Position numbers and translations under genes: made by a program | Part shown: positions 9,521 through 18,114 of the stretch, piece after piece | Position numbering within the stretch: position 1 is the first letter of the stretch | How the letters are laid out: every line of letters starts with the position of its first letter | Assembly: GCA_965203175.1 (NCBI GenBank) | Contig: OZ241867.1 | Span: 5,312,001-5,376,000, forward strand | Origin: Candidatus Latescibacterota bacterium | Lineage (GTDB): Bacteria > Latescibacterota > UBA2968 > UBA8231 | Direction: 5' to 3' | Length of the DNA stretch: 64,000 nucleotides | Notes under the pieces: generated by a model | Told to the model about the DNA's origin: nothing | The model's input: the letters and a program-made list of their open reading frames with translations, nothing else | Databases searched by the model: none

Positions 9521-10941
9521 TGACTATCGCTATTTGCTACCTCATCCTCGCCCTAACCGCTTCCGCCAGTGCCCAAACCGCCATGTGGGGCGGCTCGCCG
9601 GGGCGCAACCAAGTCTCGGACGAGAAAAACCTGCCCACCACTTGGGACGTCGAGACCGGCACAAACGTCAAGTGGCGCGCCACGCTCGGCTCGCAGACCT
9701 ACGCCGGCCCCCTAATCGCCGGCGACAAAATTTTCGTCGGCACCAACAACCAAGCCGAGCGCGATCCCAACCACAAGGGCGACCGCGGCGTGGTGATGGC
9801 CTTCTCTTTAGAGGACGGCACCTTCCTCTGGCAAATCGCCCATCCCAAGCTGCCGGCCGGCCGCGTCAACGACTGGCCGCAGCAGGGCGTCTGCTCCACC
9901 CCTTATGTCGAAGGCGACCGCCTCTACTACGTCTCCAACCGCGCCGAAGTCGTATGTCTCGACACCGAGGGCTTCCGCGACGGCGAGAACGACGGCCCCA
10001 TCGCCGACGAAGCCGCCACCGCGCCCACCAACGCGGATCTGATCTGGAAATTCGACATGATCGCCGAGCTGGACGTCTTCCCCCACAACCTCGCCACCAG
10101 CTCGCCCATAGGCGTGGACGGTCGCCTCTTCGCCCTGACCAGCAACGGCGTGGACGAGGGCCATATCCACATCCCGGCCCCCTTTGCCCCCAGCTTCATC
10201 GCCCTCGACCTGCAGACCGGCGAGCTGATCTGGGATAGCGACCTGCCCGGCGACCAGATTCTGCACGGCCAGTGGGCCAATCCTGCCTACGGCGAAGCAG
10301 GCGGCCGCAAGCAGGTAATCTTCCCCGGCGGCGACGGCTGGGTCTATGCCCTCGCACCCGACACCGGCGAACTGATCTGGAAATTCGACTGCAACCCCAA
10401 GGATTCGGTGTGGGAATTGGGCGGCCGCGGCACCCGCAACAACCTCGTCTCCACGCCCGTCTTCCACGACGGCGTGGTCTATCTCGGCGTCGGCCAAGAC
10501 CCCGAGCACGGCGAGGGCGAGGGCCACCTGTGGGCCATTGACGCCAGCGGCACCGGCGACATCACCGAGACGGGCGCAATCTGGCACTTCGGTGACAAAA
10601 ACTACAACCGCACCATCTCCACCGTCGCCATTGCCGACGGCCTGCTCTACGCCGCCGACCTGAGCGGCTTCGTCTATTGCCTCGACGCCAAGACCGGCAC
10701 CCACCACTGGACTCACGACACGTTCGCCGCGATCTGGGGCTCACCCTTTGTCGCCGACGGCAAGGTCTATATCGGCGACGAGGACGGCGACGTCGATGTG
10801 CTCAAGGCCAGCAAAACGCTCGAATTGCTCCACGAGACCAATCTGGGCAGCGCCGTGTACACCACTCCAGTCGCCCGCGACGGCGTCCTGTACATCGCCT
10901 CGCGCAACACCCTCTTCGCCATCGCGGAAGAAAACGAATGA
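9520..10941 (+). CDS. PQQ/BamB-like beta-propeller protein
   Basis: TAATG overlap. Signal peptide, MWGGSPGRN and multiple LDxxTGxxxW repeats. Confidence 0.88.
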   Translation: MTIAICYLILALTASASAQTAMWGGSPGRNQVSDEKNLPTTWDVETGTNVKWRATLGSQTYAGPLIAGDKIFVGTNNQAERDPNHKGDRGVVMAFSLEDGTFLWQIAHPKLPAGRVNDWPQQGVCSTPYVEGDRLYYVSNRAEVVCLDTEGFRDGENDGPIADEAATAPTNADLIWKFDMIAELDVFPHNLATSSPIGVDGRLFALTSNGVDEGHIHIPAPFAPSFIALDLQTGELIWDSDLPGDQILHGQWANPAYGEAGGRKQVIFPGGDGWVYALAPDTGELIWKFDCNPKDSVWELGGRGTRNNLVSTPVFHDGVVYLGVGQDPEHGEGEGHLWAIDASGTGDITETGAIWHFGDKNYNRTISTVAIADGLLYAADLSGFVYCLDAKTGTHHWTHDTFAAIWGSPFVADGKVYIGDEDGDVDVLKASKTLELLHETNLGSAVYTTPVARDGVLYIASRNTLFAIAEENE

Positions 10942-12014
10942 GCGTCTCACTAGACAAAATCGCCGCAGCCCGCGACGACCTCGACGCTCACGTCCGCGCC
11001 ATCGTCGAGTGGCACTTCAGCCCTGAGACCGGCTGCCCGTTTTGGCTCTCCTACGCGCAACAACTCGACTTCGATCCGCGCGAGCAAATCCACTCCTATG
11101 ACGACTTGGCCCTGCTCGGCCACTTTGAGGACGAGTGGCTGCGCGGCGGCCCGGTGCGCCAGTGGGTGCCCAAAGCCTACGCCGACGAGCCGATCTACGT
11201 CTTCGAGACTGGCGGCTCGACCGGCTTGCCCAAATACCGCATCAACATCCGCGACTTCCACACCGACTACGCGCTCTACAGCGAGAGCTTGTCTGAGGAG
11301 GATTTTCCCAAGGGAGCCGACTGGCTGATGCTGGGACCTTCGGGGCCGCGCCGCCTGCGCCTCGCCATCGAGTACCTCGCCCAGCTACGCGGCGGCTTGT
11401 GCTTTATGGTGGATCTCGACCCGCGCTGGGTCAACGAACTCATCCGCGCCGCCAAGATGCGCGAGTTGGAAGACTACAAAGCCCACGTCATCGAGCAGGC
11501 GCTCAAGATCCTCAAGGCCCACGACAACGTGCAGTGTGTCTTCACCACCCCCCGCCTCCTCGAAGCCCTCTGCGAAAAAGTCTCCCTGCCCAAGCTCGGC
11601 ATTAAGGGCATCTTCTGCGGCGGCACGGAAATGAACGCCCAGTTCCACCGCTTCGCCCGCGAGGAGTTGGTGCCCGGCCTCGCCTTTGTCCCCACCTACG
11701 GCAACACCCTGATGGGCCTAGCCTGCCCCAAGCCCTTTGACCCGACCGACGAATACGCCATCACCTACTACCCGCCGCAGCCACGCGCCGTCATCGAGCT
11801 GGTTGATCCCAAAGACCCCTCGCGCAAGGTCGGCTACGGTGAGACCGGCCAAGTCATGCTCACCACCCTGACCAAGGAATTTTTCATGCCTCGCTTCCTC
11901 GAACGCGATGAGGCCGAACGCGCTGAACCTATTGAGGTGTATCCTTGGGACGGGGTTAAAGATTTGCGCTTGCTGACGGAGTTGCAGGAGTCTGTGGTGG
12001 TGGGAGTGTACTGA
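10938..12014 (+). CDS. EhpF/GriC-like short adenylate-forming (acyl-activating) enzyme
   Basis: ATGA overlap. Motifs WHFSPETGCPFWL, FETGGSTGLPK (A3 loop), GGTE, PTYGNT (A5) and ERD (A7). 358 aa with no C-terminal ANL subdomain. Confidence 0.75.
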   Translation: MSVSLDKIAAARDDLDAHVRAIVEWHFSPETGCPFWLSYAQQLDFDPREQIHSYDDLALLGHFEDEWLRGGPVRQWVPKAYADEPIYVFETGGSTGLPKYRINIRDFHTDYALYSESLSEEDFPKGADWLMLGPSGPRRLRLAIEYLAQLRGGLCFMVDLDPRWVNELIRAAKMRELEDYKAHVIEQALKILKAHDNVQCVFTTPRLLEALCEKVSLPKLGIKGIFCGGTEMNAQFHRFAREELVPGLAFVPTYGNTLMGLACPKPFDPTDEYAITYYPPQPRAVIELVDPKDPSRKVGYGETGQVMLTTLTKEFFMPRFLERDEAERAEPIEVYPWDGVKDLRLLTELQESVVVGVY

Positions 12015-12191
12015 GTGTGAGTTCTATGCTTGGGTAGTGCATCAATTTGAGGAAGCCCTGATACTCGTCAATATTAAGGCTTCCGTCTGCACCTTTCCTA
12101 AATTTCAAACATGCCACTACCTATACTCGAAGAAATTCTTTAGCGACCAAAATTGTTTCGTTCCTATTGGAAACTCTACGCCGACCCCGCA

Positions 12192-12992
12192 TCAGAATCT
12201 AAATGGAGGACTGGGTTCTGCCCACCAGTAATAGATGTATATAGCTACCATGGCCACCAATACGATTTGTACCAAAATAAACACTTTCGACGAAAACGAC
12301 CTAGTCTTCTGTAATTCTTCCCATGAGGCAATCATTGAGACCATTATGACAAAAAAGAAGAAAAAAAGGAATGCTACTTGCCCTAGCGCCCCTATCTCTA
12401 TCACCTCTTTCCTATCCTCCAGTTCCCGAACATCGCCCTGCTGTTCGACTGTCCCAGAGGCGGTAATCGATGTCTGGTCGTCTCCAAAGTAGATCAGCTG
12501 CAGCATGGCTCCATCGCCCTGTTCAAGAATCGTCCAGTCTACGCCGAGTTGCCCCTCACCAATCTTCGACTTATCGAGCCGAAGACCAACTACCCCACGA
12601 GTCACCTTTTGGATGTCCGCCTCGATGATAGGATTAAGCGGTCCCGTCTTGACGACGAAGGGACTGAGTAGGTTTTTTCCTCGGATAGACTCTTCCCCGT
12701 CGTTCCAGATGATGATCTGAGCTGCAGTTACGTCTTTTTTGACGACTTCGCCGTCTAACTCAATATGTAGCCTCGAACTCTGATTCGCTCGGACAACCGC
12801 AGCCCTTGCTGAATCAACACAATAGATAAGGTCCGGACTCGTTCTGCTTGCTAGATAAAAAGAGACTGACAGAATTATTCCGATCACTCCTGAAATGCTA
12901 CCGACAATCGCAACTATAGGCTTGCTGAAGAATCGTTTTACGCTGTTTGTTGATTCCGGAGGCTTACTCTCTGTCTCATGGGAATCACTCAT
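12192..12992 (-). CDS. Hypothetical membrane protein (N-terminal TM plus two C-terminal TMs)
   Basis: Long ORF with GGAG RBS and three hydrophobic segments. No family recognised. Confidence 0.7.
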   Translation of the reverse strand: MSDSHETESKPPESTNSVKRFFSKPIVAIVGSISGVIGIILSVSFYLASRTSPDLIYCVDSARAAVVRANQSSRLHIELDGEVVKKDVTAAQIIIWNDGEESIRGKNLLSPFVVKTGPLNPIIEADIQKVTRGVVGLRLDKSKIGEGQLGVDWTILEQGDGAMLQLIYFGDDQTSITASGTVEQQGDVRELEDRKEVIEIGALGQVAFLFFFFFVIMVSMIASWEELQKTRSFSSKVFILVQIVLVAMVAIYIYYWWAEPSPPFRF

Positions 12993-13165
12993 CGTCAACT
13001 CCTTTGAAAACCATCAGGTGCGACCGTGCTGTTTGATCCGACTCCTGAGGGCCGTTATGTCAAGCAGCTCACTACAATTCTCTGACATACCACATTGATG
13101 AGTCCTTCTGAAAAGTAGCAGATAATCAAATCACCTATGAGATCACATCAACTAACTGAGATATA

Positions 13166-13690
13166 TTAGACTGTATCTTTTTCTACCATACGAAGAGCCG
13201 CCGTGACCACGACAGTCGCGTCCTCCTCTATAACGCTGTAGAATGATTTATGCTCAGTAACTGCCCGTAATGCGACACTTTCTTTCTGCCCCGGCCTACG
13301 AAAGTGGCTGTAGATATTTCGGGTTCTGCGCAGGTTATCTAGTTGCTGGTACTCGCTGGTAACAATCATACCACGAGTATGTGCTTCTTTCAGTAGCTTC
13401 GAGACACCTGCACGTTTAAGGTCGTCACGGCCTCTTGCATAAAACAACGCCGCAAGAGTTCGTTCAATATATGCGAGGCCCAAGATAGTTGTCGCCAAGA
13501 ACTGACCGTAAACAAAACAATATCTCATCTCTTCAAAAAGGCTCTTGGCCAGCAAGCCGCCGGGAAATGTCCAATACACCGCTTCCGGCGAATTATCGAT
13601 CAGCCAATTGAGCCGCGAAAGCCTACCTTCCCGGCATTGAGTATCTTCAGTATCTAGCCAGTCTGAGGCGGTTGAGGCTTTCTCGAACAA
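13166..13690 (-). CDS. Hypothetical protein with HEPN-like RxxxxH motif (DUF4145-like)
   Basis: GGAGG RBS. Helical protein with IERTL and RNIYSH motifs. Confidence 0.65.
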   Translation of the reverse strand: MFEKASTASDWLDTEDTQCREGRLSRLNWLIDNSPEAVYWTFPGGLLAKSLFEEMRYCFVYGQFLATTILGLAYIERTLAALFYARGRDDLKRAGVSKLLKEAHTRGMIVTSEYQQLDNLRRTRNIYSHFRRPGQKESVALRAVTEHKSFYSVIEEDATVVVTAALRMVEKDTV

Positions 13691-13784
13691 TTCGTTACCT
13701 CCTTCTATTTCGAAATATCTTCGGCCATCAGTTTAGCTTTATGAACCTTATGCCGTAGATATCACTCGCTGCGACTGAGGCGAA

Positions 13785-13886
13785 GCTCTCGGCGAGAACC
13801 CAGCCGAGCACATAGTCCTTTTCTACAACCTAGAGCAGCAAGCCAAGGGTACCCGCCACATCGAGAATTGCGCGGCGGTCGATCAT
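13785..13886 (-). pseudogene. abiEii: AbiEii nucleotidyltransferase toxin remnant
   Basis: ATGA overlap with abiEi. Translates MIDRRAILDVAGTLGLLL*VVEKDYVLGWVLA (EKDY motif). In-frame TAG at 13830-13832; rest of the gene missing. Confidence 0.75.
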
Positions 13887-14689
13887 GCGGACGCTGCCTT
13901 GGCCCAGCTCTCAGGCATAAGAAGGTGCCATCGGGATATGAGGCGGCGGCATGAAAGCCCCGGGTCAAGTTTGGCGTTTCCTTGAGTCAGACGCGCACGG
14001 CACGCCTCAATAAGGGTGGTAGTGCCGGGTCCTCGTTCTGCCAGAAAGCCCAAGCGCTTGAACACGGCACCGTTACCAAGCTGGTCTGCATAGGCAATCA
14101 GCTTGTCATCATCCCTGTCCTTGCGGTCGAAATAGGTTGCAAGACAGTCGGCAACATGCTGGATGCCGGCTCCGAGGTCTGGATCGTCGAGCATGTCGAT
14201 GACGGTGCGGTGAACGTCCGATATGGCGATCTGGGTTCTTCCACGCCAGACGGTCTTCGTCCCGAAGATCATACCCTGCTGGACATGCTTTAGAGTGAAG
14301 TGTGCGCTATGGCGTTGCTGGCTTTTCGCACGCACGGCCCGCGCTGTCATCACAACAATATCGCGGAAGATCTGCTCCGTCAGGTCCCAGTGTTCGGCGG
14401 CAGTCCGGCCTCCGATGTAAGCAGGCTTAAAGAGCGCAGGCACCAGCATCCAAGGATCATCGAGAACCTGCTCGCTGGCAAGGGAGTCAAGGCCAACTGG
14501 TGCGTAGGCACCCGGACCGACGCGCCGCAGCCAGCCCTGCCCGCTCCAACGGGAAAGCAGCTTGGCGGCGTCAGAACGGCTAACGCCGAGGACATCTTCA
14601 GCATCGGCGATATGAATGATGTCGCCGGATGCCCGAATAACGTCGGACAGTCTGCGGCGTCCCTTAGGTATAGCGATCTCTGAACTCAT
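13883..14689 (-). CDS. abiEi: Type IV TA antitoxin AbiEi family (wHTH regulator)
   Basis: wHTH GWLRRVGPGAY, AYIGGRTAAEHWDLTEQI, ISDVHRTVIDML and KRLGFL. Confidence 0.88.
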   Translation of the reverse strand: MSSEIAIPKGRRRLSDVIRASGDIIHIADAEDVLGVSRSDAAKLLSRWSGQGWLRRVGPGAYAPVGLDSLASEQVLDDPWMLVPALFKPAYIGGRTAAEHWDLTEQIFRDIVVMTARAVRAKSQQRHSAHFTLKHVQQGMIFGTKTVWRGRTQIAISDVHRTVIDMLDDPDLGAGIQHVADCLATYFDRKDRDDDKLIAYADQLGNGAVFKRLGFLAERGPGTTTLIEACRARLTQGNAKLDPGLSCRRLISRWHLLMPESWAKAASA

Positions 14690-14698
14690 GGCAATGTA

Positions 14699-14757
14699 AT
14701 GTATAGTGAAACTGCAAAAAATCGCGTTTTATGTGAATTTTTGCCTGTATAATACAT
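14699..14757. promoter_or_regulatory. Imperfect inverted repeat upstream of abiEi (autoregulatory operator candidate)
   Basis: ATGTAT (14699) / ATACAT (14752) and GCAAAAA (14714) / TTTTTGC (14738) share a centre near 14728. Confidence 0.4.
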
Positions 14758-14926
14758 ATATAAGAAGGGGCGAACTCTCGCAAGGAGGCCATCAAGCGTA
14801 CATCTCATCTACCAAAGGCGGGCAAATCACAAACTCTTCGACAGCGAGGAAATCAGCCCGGCCCATTGACTTTTCCATGATTTCCATATCAGATTGACCT
14901 CTAGCATAGGAAAGGAGTAGGTAAAG

Positions 14927-15199
14927 GTGGCCAGAGTTCAGTTAGTGATCCCGGATGAAGACCGTGACCGCTTCGTCCGTCAGGCGCAGAGCGAAGGCAT
15001 GACCTTGAGCGAATGGCTCAGGGTTGTCGCCCACCGACGGCTCGAAGAACAGCAGCGATCCTGCCCCTTCGAATCCCCAGCCGACCTTGAAGAGTTCTTC
15101 CGCGCCTGCGACGCATTGGAAGGCCCCGAACGGGAACCAGATTGGCAGGAGCACCTGACCGTCATCGACAAATCGCGAAAACGGTTGAGCAACTCTTGA
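14927..15199 (+). CDS. Ribbon-helix-helix (CopG/VapB-like) antitoxin, no adjacent toxin
   Basis: AAGGAG RBS. MARVQLVIPDEDRDRFVRQAQSEGMTLSEWLR fits the RHH pattern. Confidence 0.7.
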   Translation: MARVQLVIPDEDRDRFVRQAQSEGMTLSEWLRVVAHRRLEEQQRSCPFESPADLEEFFRACDALEGPEREPDWQEHLTVIDKSRKRLSNS

Positions 15200-15213
15200 G
15201 ACCAACGAAATCG

Positions 15214-15244
15214 CGGTAGGCACGTTTCTTAACCACGCCTACCG
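15214..15244. terminator. GTAGGC...GCCTAC hairpin between convergent genes (terminator or REP-like)
   Basis: CGGTAGGC (15214-15221) pairs with GCCTACCG (15237-15244). Confidence 0.45.
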
Positions 15245-15260
15245 ATCTCTTCGACAGCGG

Positions 15261-15887
15261 CTATTTCAATGTAATTTGAGGATCGTCCTCATACGCCGAA
15301 TCTATTTGCACCAGACGCTCTAAAATCAGACAGAACAACCCGAACAGAGACTTTAGTAACGCAGTCTCTTTGATAACACCGGCGCATTCAAAGTGCAACT
15401 CATCAACACCTTCGGGAAAATCAGTGCCAAATAAGCCTTCATCGTCTTTAATCCGGAGATGGATATCTGGCAATCTTTGGCACAACTCCCGTATCCTAGC
15501 ATCAGCGAATAGCAACTTTACTTTCTCTGGGCTATTGCCTTTGATTAAAAATTGTTCATCAAAAAACGGATCTCCTATTTCTATATCCTGCATGCCGAAG
15601 AATTTGCCAATTGAACTGAAGAACCCTTCGTGTGAAATATTGAAATAGAGACCATCCTTGTTTATAAACGGTGCGCGCATCCGGGTGTATATCGTTGCAG
15701 TCGTCGTTGATCCGGTAGATACTGTAACCGTACAAGTATCAAGTACAATTTGCCACTCACCGTGTTTATACACGACGACATTATCGTCCCAAAAACCTCC
15801 CTCAATGAATTCACCGCCTATATCTGCAGCAATCTGTGTCCAGATTTCATCCTTGGACGGACCAAAAAAAGATCTGCGTTTACTCAT
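15261..15887 (-). CDS. Hypothetical protein (DUF3137-like)
   Basis: Start MSKRRSFFGPSKDEIW with GGAGG RBS. TRMRAPF and QDIEIGDPFFDEQF look like conserved motifs. Confidence 0.7.
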   Translation of the reverse strand: MSKRRSFFGPSKDEIWTQIAADIGGEFIEGGFWDDNVVVYKHGEWQIVLDTCTVTVSTGSTTTATIYTRMRAPFINKDGLYFNISHEGFFSSIGKFFGMQDIEIGDPFFDEQFLIKGNSPEKVKLLFADARIRELCQRLPDIHLRIKDDEGLFGTDFPEGVDELHFECAGVIKETALLKSLFGLFCLILERLVQIDSAYEDDPQITLK

Positions 15888-18018
15888 TTTTTCCTCCATG
15901 CTGAAGTTGAAAACCAAAGCGCGCATGTCGTCCAGCGGCTGGATAGAAGTAGCTATGTCCACTTCCCGATGCGTCGGGATACCCCGTTGTACTATAGGAT
16001 TGATCAAAGATATTGAATACGTCAAGCGTAGCGGCAATTAGTCCCACCCGATATTTGAGCCGAACATCCACAGTGCTATAATTGGGCAGCGTAATCGCAT
16101 TCGCGTCATCCAGAAAAATGCGGTTCGCAGATTTAACAATGATGCTCCCACCCAAGCCGGACTTATGTGCAGCGTTGACGCCGCCGTAGATCACATCGCG
16201 TGGGATAGCTTTCAGGAATTTGCCGGCATACTCGCCAATTTGCGATTTAGCGGATTGGTGAGTGTAATTGAGAAACAAACTCAGGTTCGACTTCACCGTA
16301 AGCCTGAGACCCGTTTCAATCCCTCGATGGCGGCTTTTGCCGATATTCACGTACTTGAGCTGCTGAAGGTCAAAATCCAACTCATTCTTCATGTCCATGG
16401 TATATGCCGCAAGGGAAAGTTCGCCATACAGGATGTTCGGAGACAGCACCGCGCGATGATAACCTCCCACCTCAATAGATGTCCCAAACTGCGGATTTAG
16501 GTCCCCACTTGAAAGTAAGACTTTGAACGGAGGATTTTGCGGAATCTCAAAGATAATTGAACGCTGATCATAGAGCTGATCCAGTGTTGGTGCTTTGAAC
16601 GATCGCGCAACGTTGGCGTACAGGTTGCCGACGTGCCGCTCTGTTTTTACATAACGAAAATTCGCCCCCGCCTTTGGACTTAACTCCGCGTGGGTCGTTG
16701 ATTGTTCCTCCCCTTCACTCGGCGCTTTAGGGATGAACTGATCGCGAATCATATCGGCGCGCACCCCCAAGACGACGCGCAGCGTCTGCATCGGCGTAAG
16801 TTCGTATTGCAGAAACCCAGCAGCCGAGCGCCGAGTGCTAGCGCCCTTTTCCTCCAATGCACCGCGCTCAACGGCACTCATCTCACTATAGTCAGCCAAT
16901 CCACCGAGAAGGAACTGATAATACTCAGACGAGAGCGAATGCACGCCTGCGTCAATGCCAAGACTGAGACGATCTTTGCCAAGAAATCCTAGTTGGTCGA
17001 GCGTCAGTTGCAGCGAACTCGTGAGGCGCGAGGCCGTAAGTAAACGATTCTTGGTATCGGCAAATTCGGGGCTGAGTTGCAATGTCCTGACCGCATCGGA
17101 ATCACGGATCTCGCCGGAAACCGCGCTGGAGAATTTAGCCCTATCGCGAAGATTATAATCACCCGTTATCGCCGCCCGATGCGTTCGGTCGGTGGTATGG
17201 TCAAACTTATAAAACGGTGTCGATTGGGAGCGGTCGTCATCTAACTCAGCGCCAGTCAACGGGCCGGGTTCATCAAATTGCTGGAAGTGATGCGTTGTTG
17301 AAACCGCAAGTGAACCGTTGGGTTTTTGCAGTAGAGTGAAAGAACCCCCAAGGTTTTCTGCCGCGCGGTCCGCATGTTCTCGGAACCCAGCGTACCGCTC
17401 CCCCGATCCGAATGCCACATACTCTCGCCCATGCCAAAGACCACTCGTTCGCGCCTGTGCGCCAAGTGACCCAAAGTTGCCCCCCGTTGCTGAAATCTGC
17501 GTTAGAGGTGCATGCTCGCCAGCGGTAACCACATTGACAACGCCACCAATCGCAGCATCGCCGTACAGCGAAGACGCGCCCCCGCGCAGAAATTCAATCG
17601 AGCTAATACTCGCAAGCGGAATGGCACTCCAATTCATCAACCCTTTCTCAAGCTCATTGATCGGCCTCCCATCGATCAGAACCAGCAGATACTCTGCTTC
17701 GCCGCCACCGTAAAAACCGCGCAGCGTTGCCAACGGATCGCGCCCCAGCCCATCGCGGTGCAAAAACGAAATTCCTGGCAAAGTCTCCAGCGCATCCGCG
17801 AGGTTTTTCAGTGGCAGGAACTCCATCTCAGCGCTAGTACGCACCGACACAGCAGCAGTAGATTCAAAAAGCGAGTTTTCCAGCCGCTCCGCAGTGACAA
17901 TAGTTTCTTCAAGTTGATAAATCCTGTCAGAATCATCCTGCGCAACCGCACGGTCTAGGAATTGATTCGCGATACCGATGGCAACCAAGACGACTAAACT
18001 GAGACGCAGATTAAACAT
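15880..18018 (-). CDS. TonB-dependent outer-membrane receptor (BtuB/CirA-like)
   Basis: Signal peptide, TonB box ETIVTAER, plug LRG...LIDGRP...IEFLRGGASSLYG, and C-terminal NIFDQSY...GR. Confidence 0.9.
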   Translation of the reverse strand: MFNLRLSLVVLVAIGIANQFLDRAVAQDDSDRIYQLEETIVTAERLENSLFESTAAVSVRTSAEMEFLPLKNLADALETLPGISFLHRDGLGRDPLATLRGFYGGGEAEYLLVLIDGRPINELEKGLMNWSAIPLASISSIEFLRGGASSLYGDAAIGGVVNVVTAGEHAPLTQISATGGNFGSLGAQARTSGLWHGREYVAFGSGERYAGFREHADRAAENLGGSFTLLQKPNGSLAVSTTHHFQQFDEPGPLTGAELDDDRSQSTPFYKFDHTTDRTHRAAITGDYNLRDRAKFSSAVSGEIRDSDAVRTLQLSPEFADTKNRLLTASRLTSSLQLTLDQLGFLGKDRLSLGIDAGVHSLSSEYYQFLLGGLADYSEMSAVERGALEEKGASTRRSAAGFLQYELTPMQTLRVVLGVRADMIRDQFIPKAPSEGEEQSTTHAELSPKAGANFRYVKTERHVGNLYANVARSFKAPTLDQLYDQRSIIFEIPQNPPFKVLLSSGDLNPQFGTSIEVGGYHRAVLSPNILYGELSLAAYTMDMKNELDFDLQQLKYVNIGKSRHRGIETGLRLTVKSNLSLFLNYTHQSAKSQIGEYAGKFLKAIPRDVIYGGVNAAHKSGLGGSIIVKSANRIFLDDANAITLPNYSTVDVRLKYRVGLIAATLDVFNIFDQSYSTTGYPDASGSGHSYFYPAAGRHARFGFQLQHGGKNE

Positions 18019-18114
18019 AAATCAATCAAGCCCCCGAGTTTTGTTCTGCGATTACAGATTTATAGATTATAGATTGCAAGTGATTACTCCAACTCTAACC
18101 CAAAATCCAAACTC

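Larger units (their letters stand above)
12037..18100. other. Accessory block 1 (lower GC, mostly minus-strand; TA remnants, HEPN-motif gene, TonB receptor)
   Basis: Abrupt loss of the C-rich codon style and a strand switch between the EhpF-like and ALDH genes. No integrase or transposase seen. Confidence 0.6.

Noticed and set aside
18019-18114. Cobalamin riboswitch upstream of the TonB receptor
   Set aside because: The spacer is under 100 bp, AT-rich and lacks B12-box motifs.
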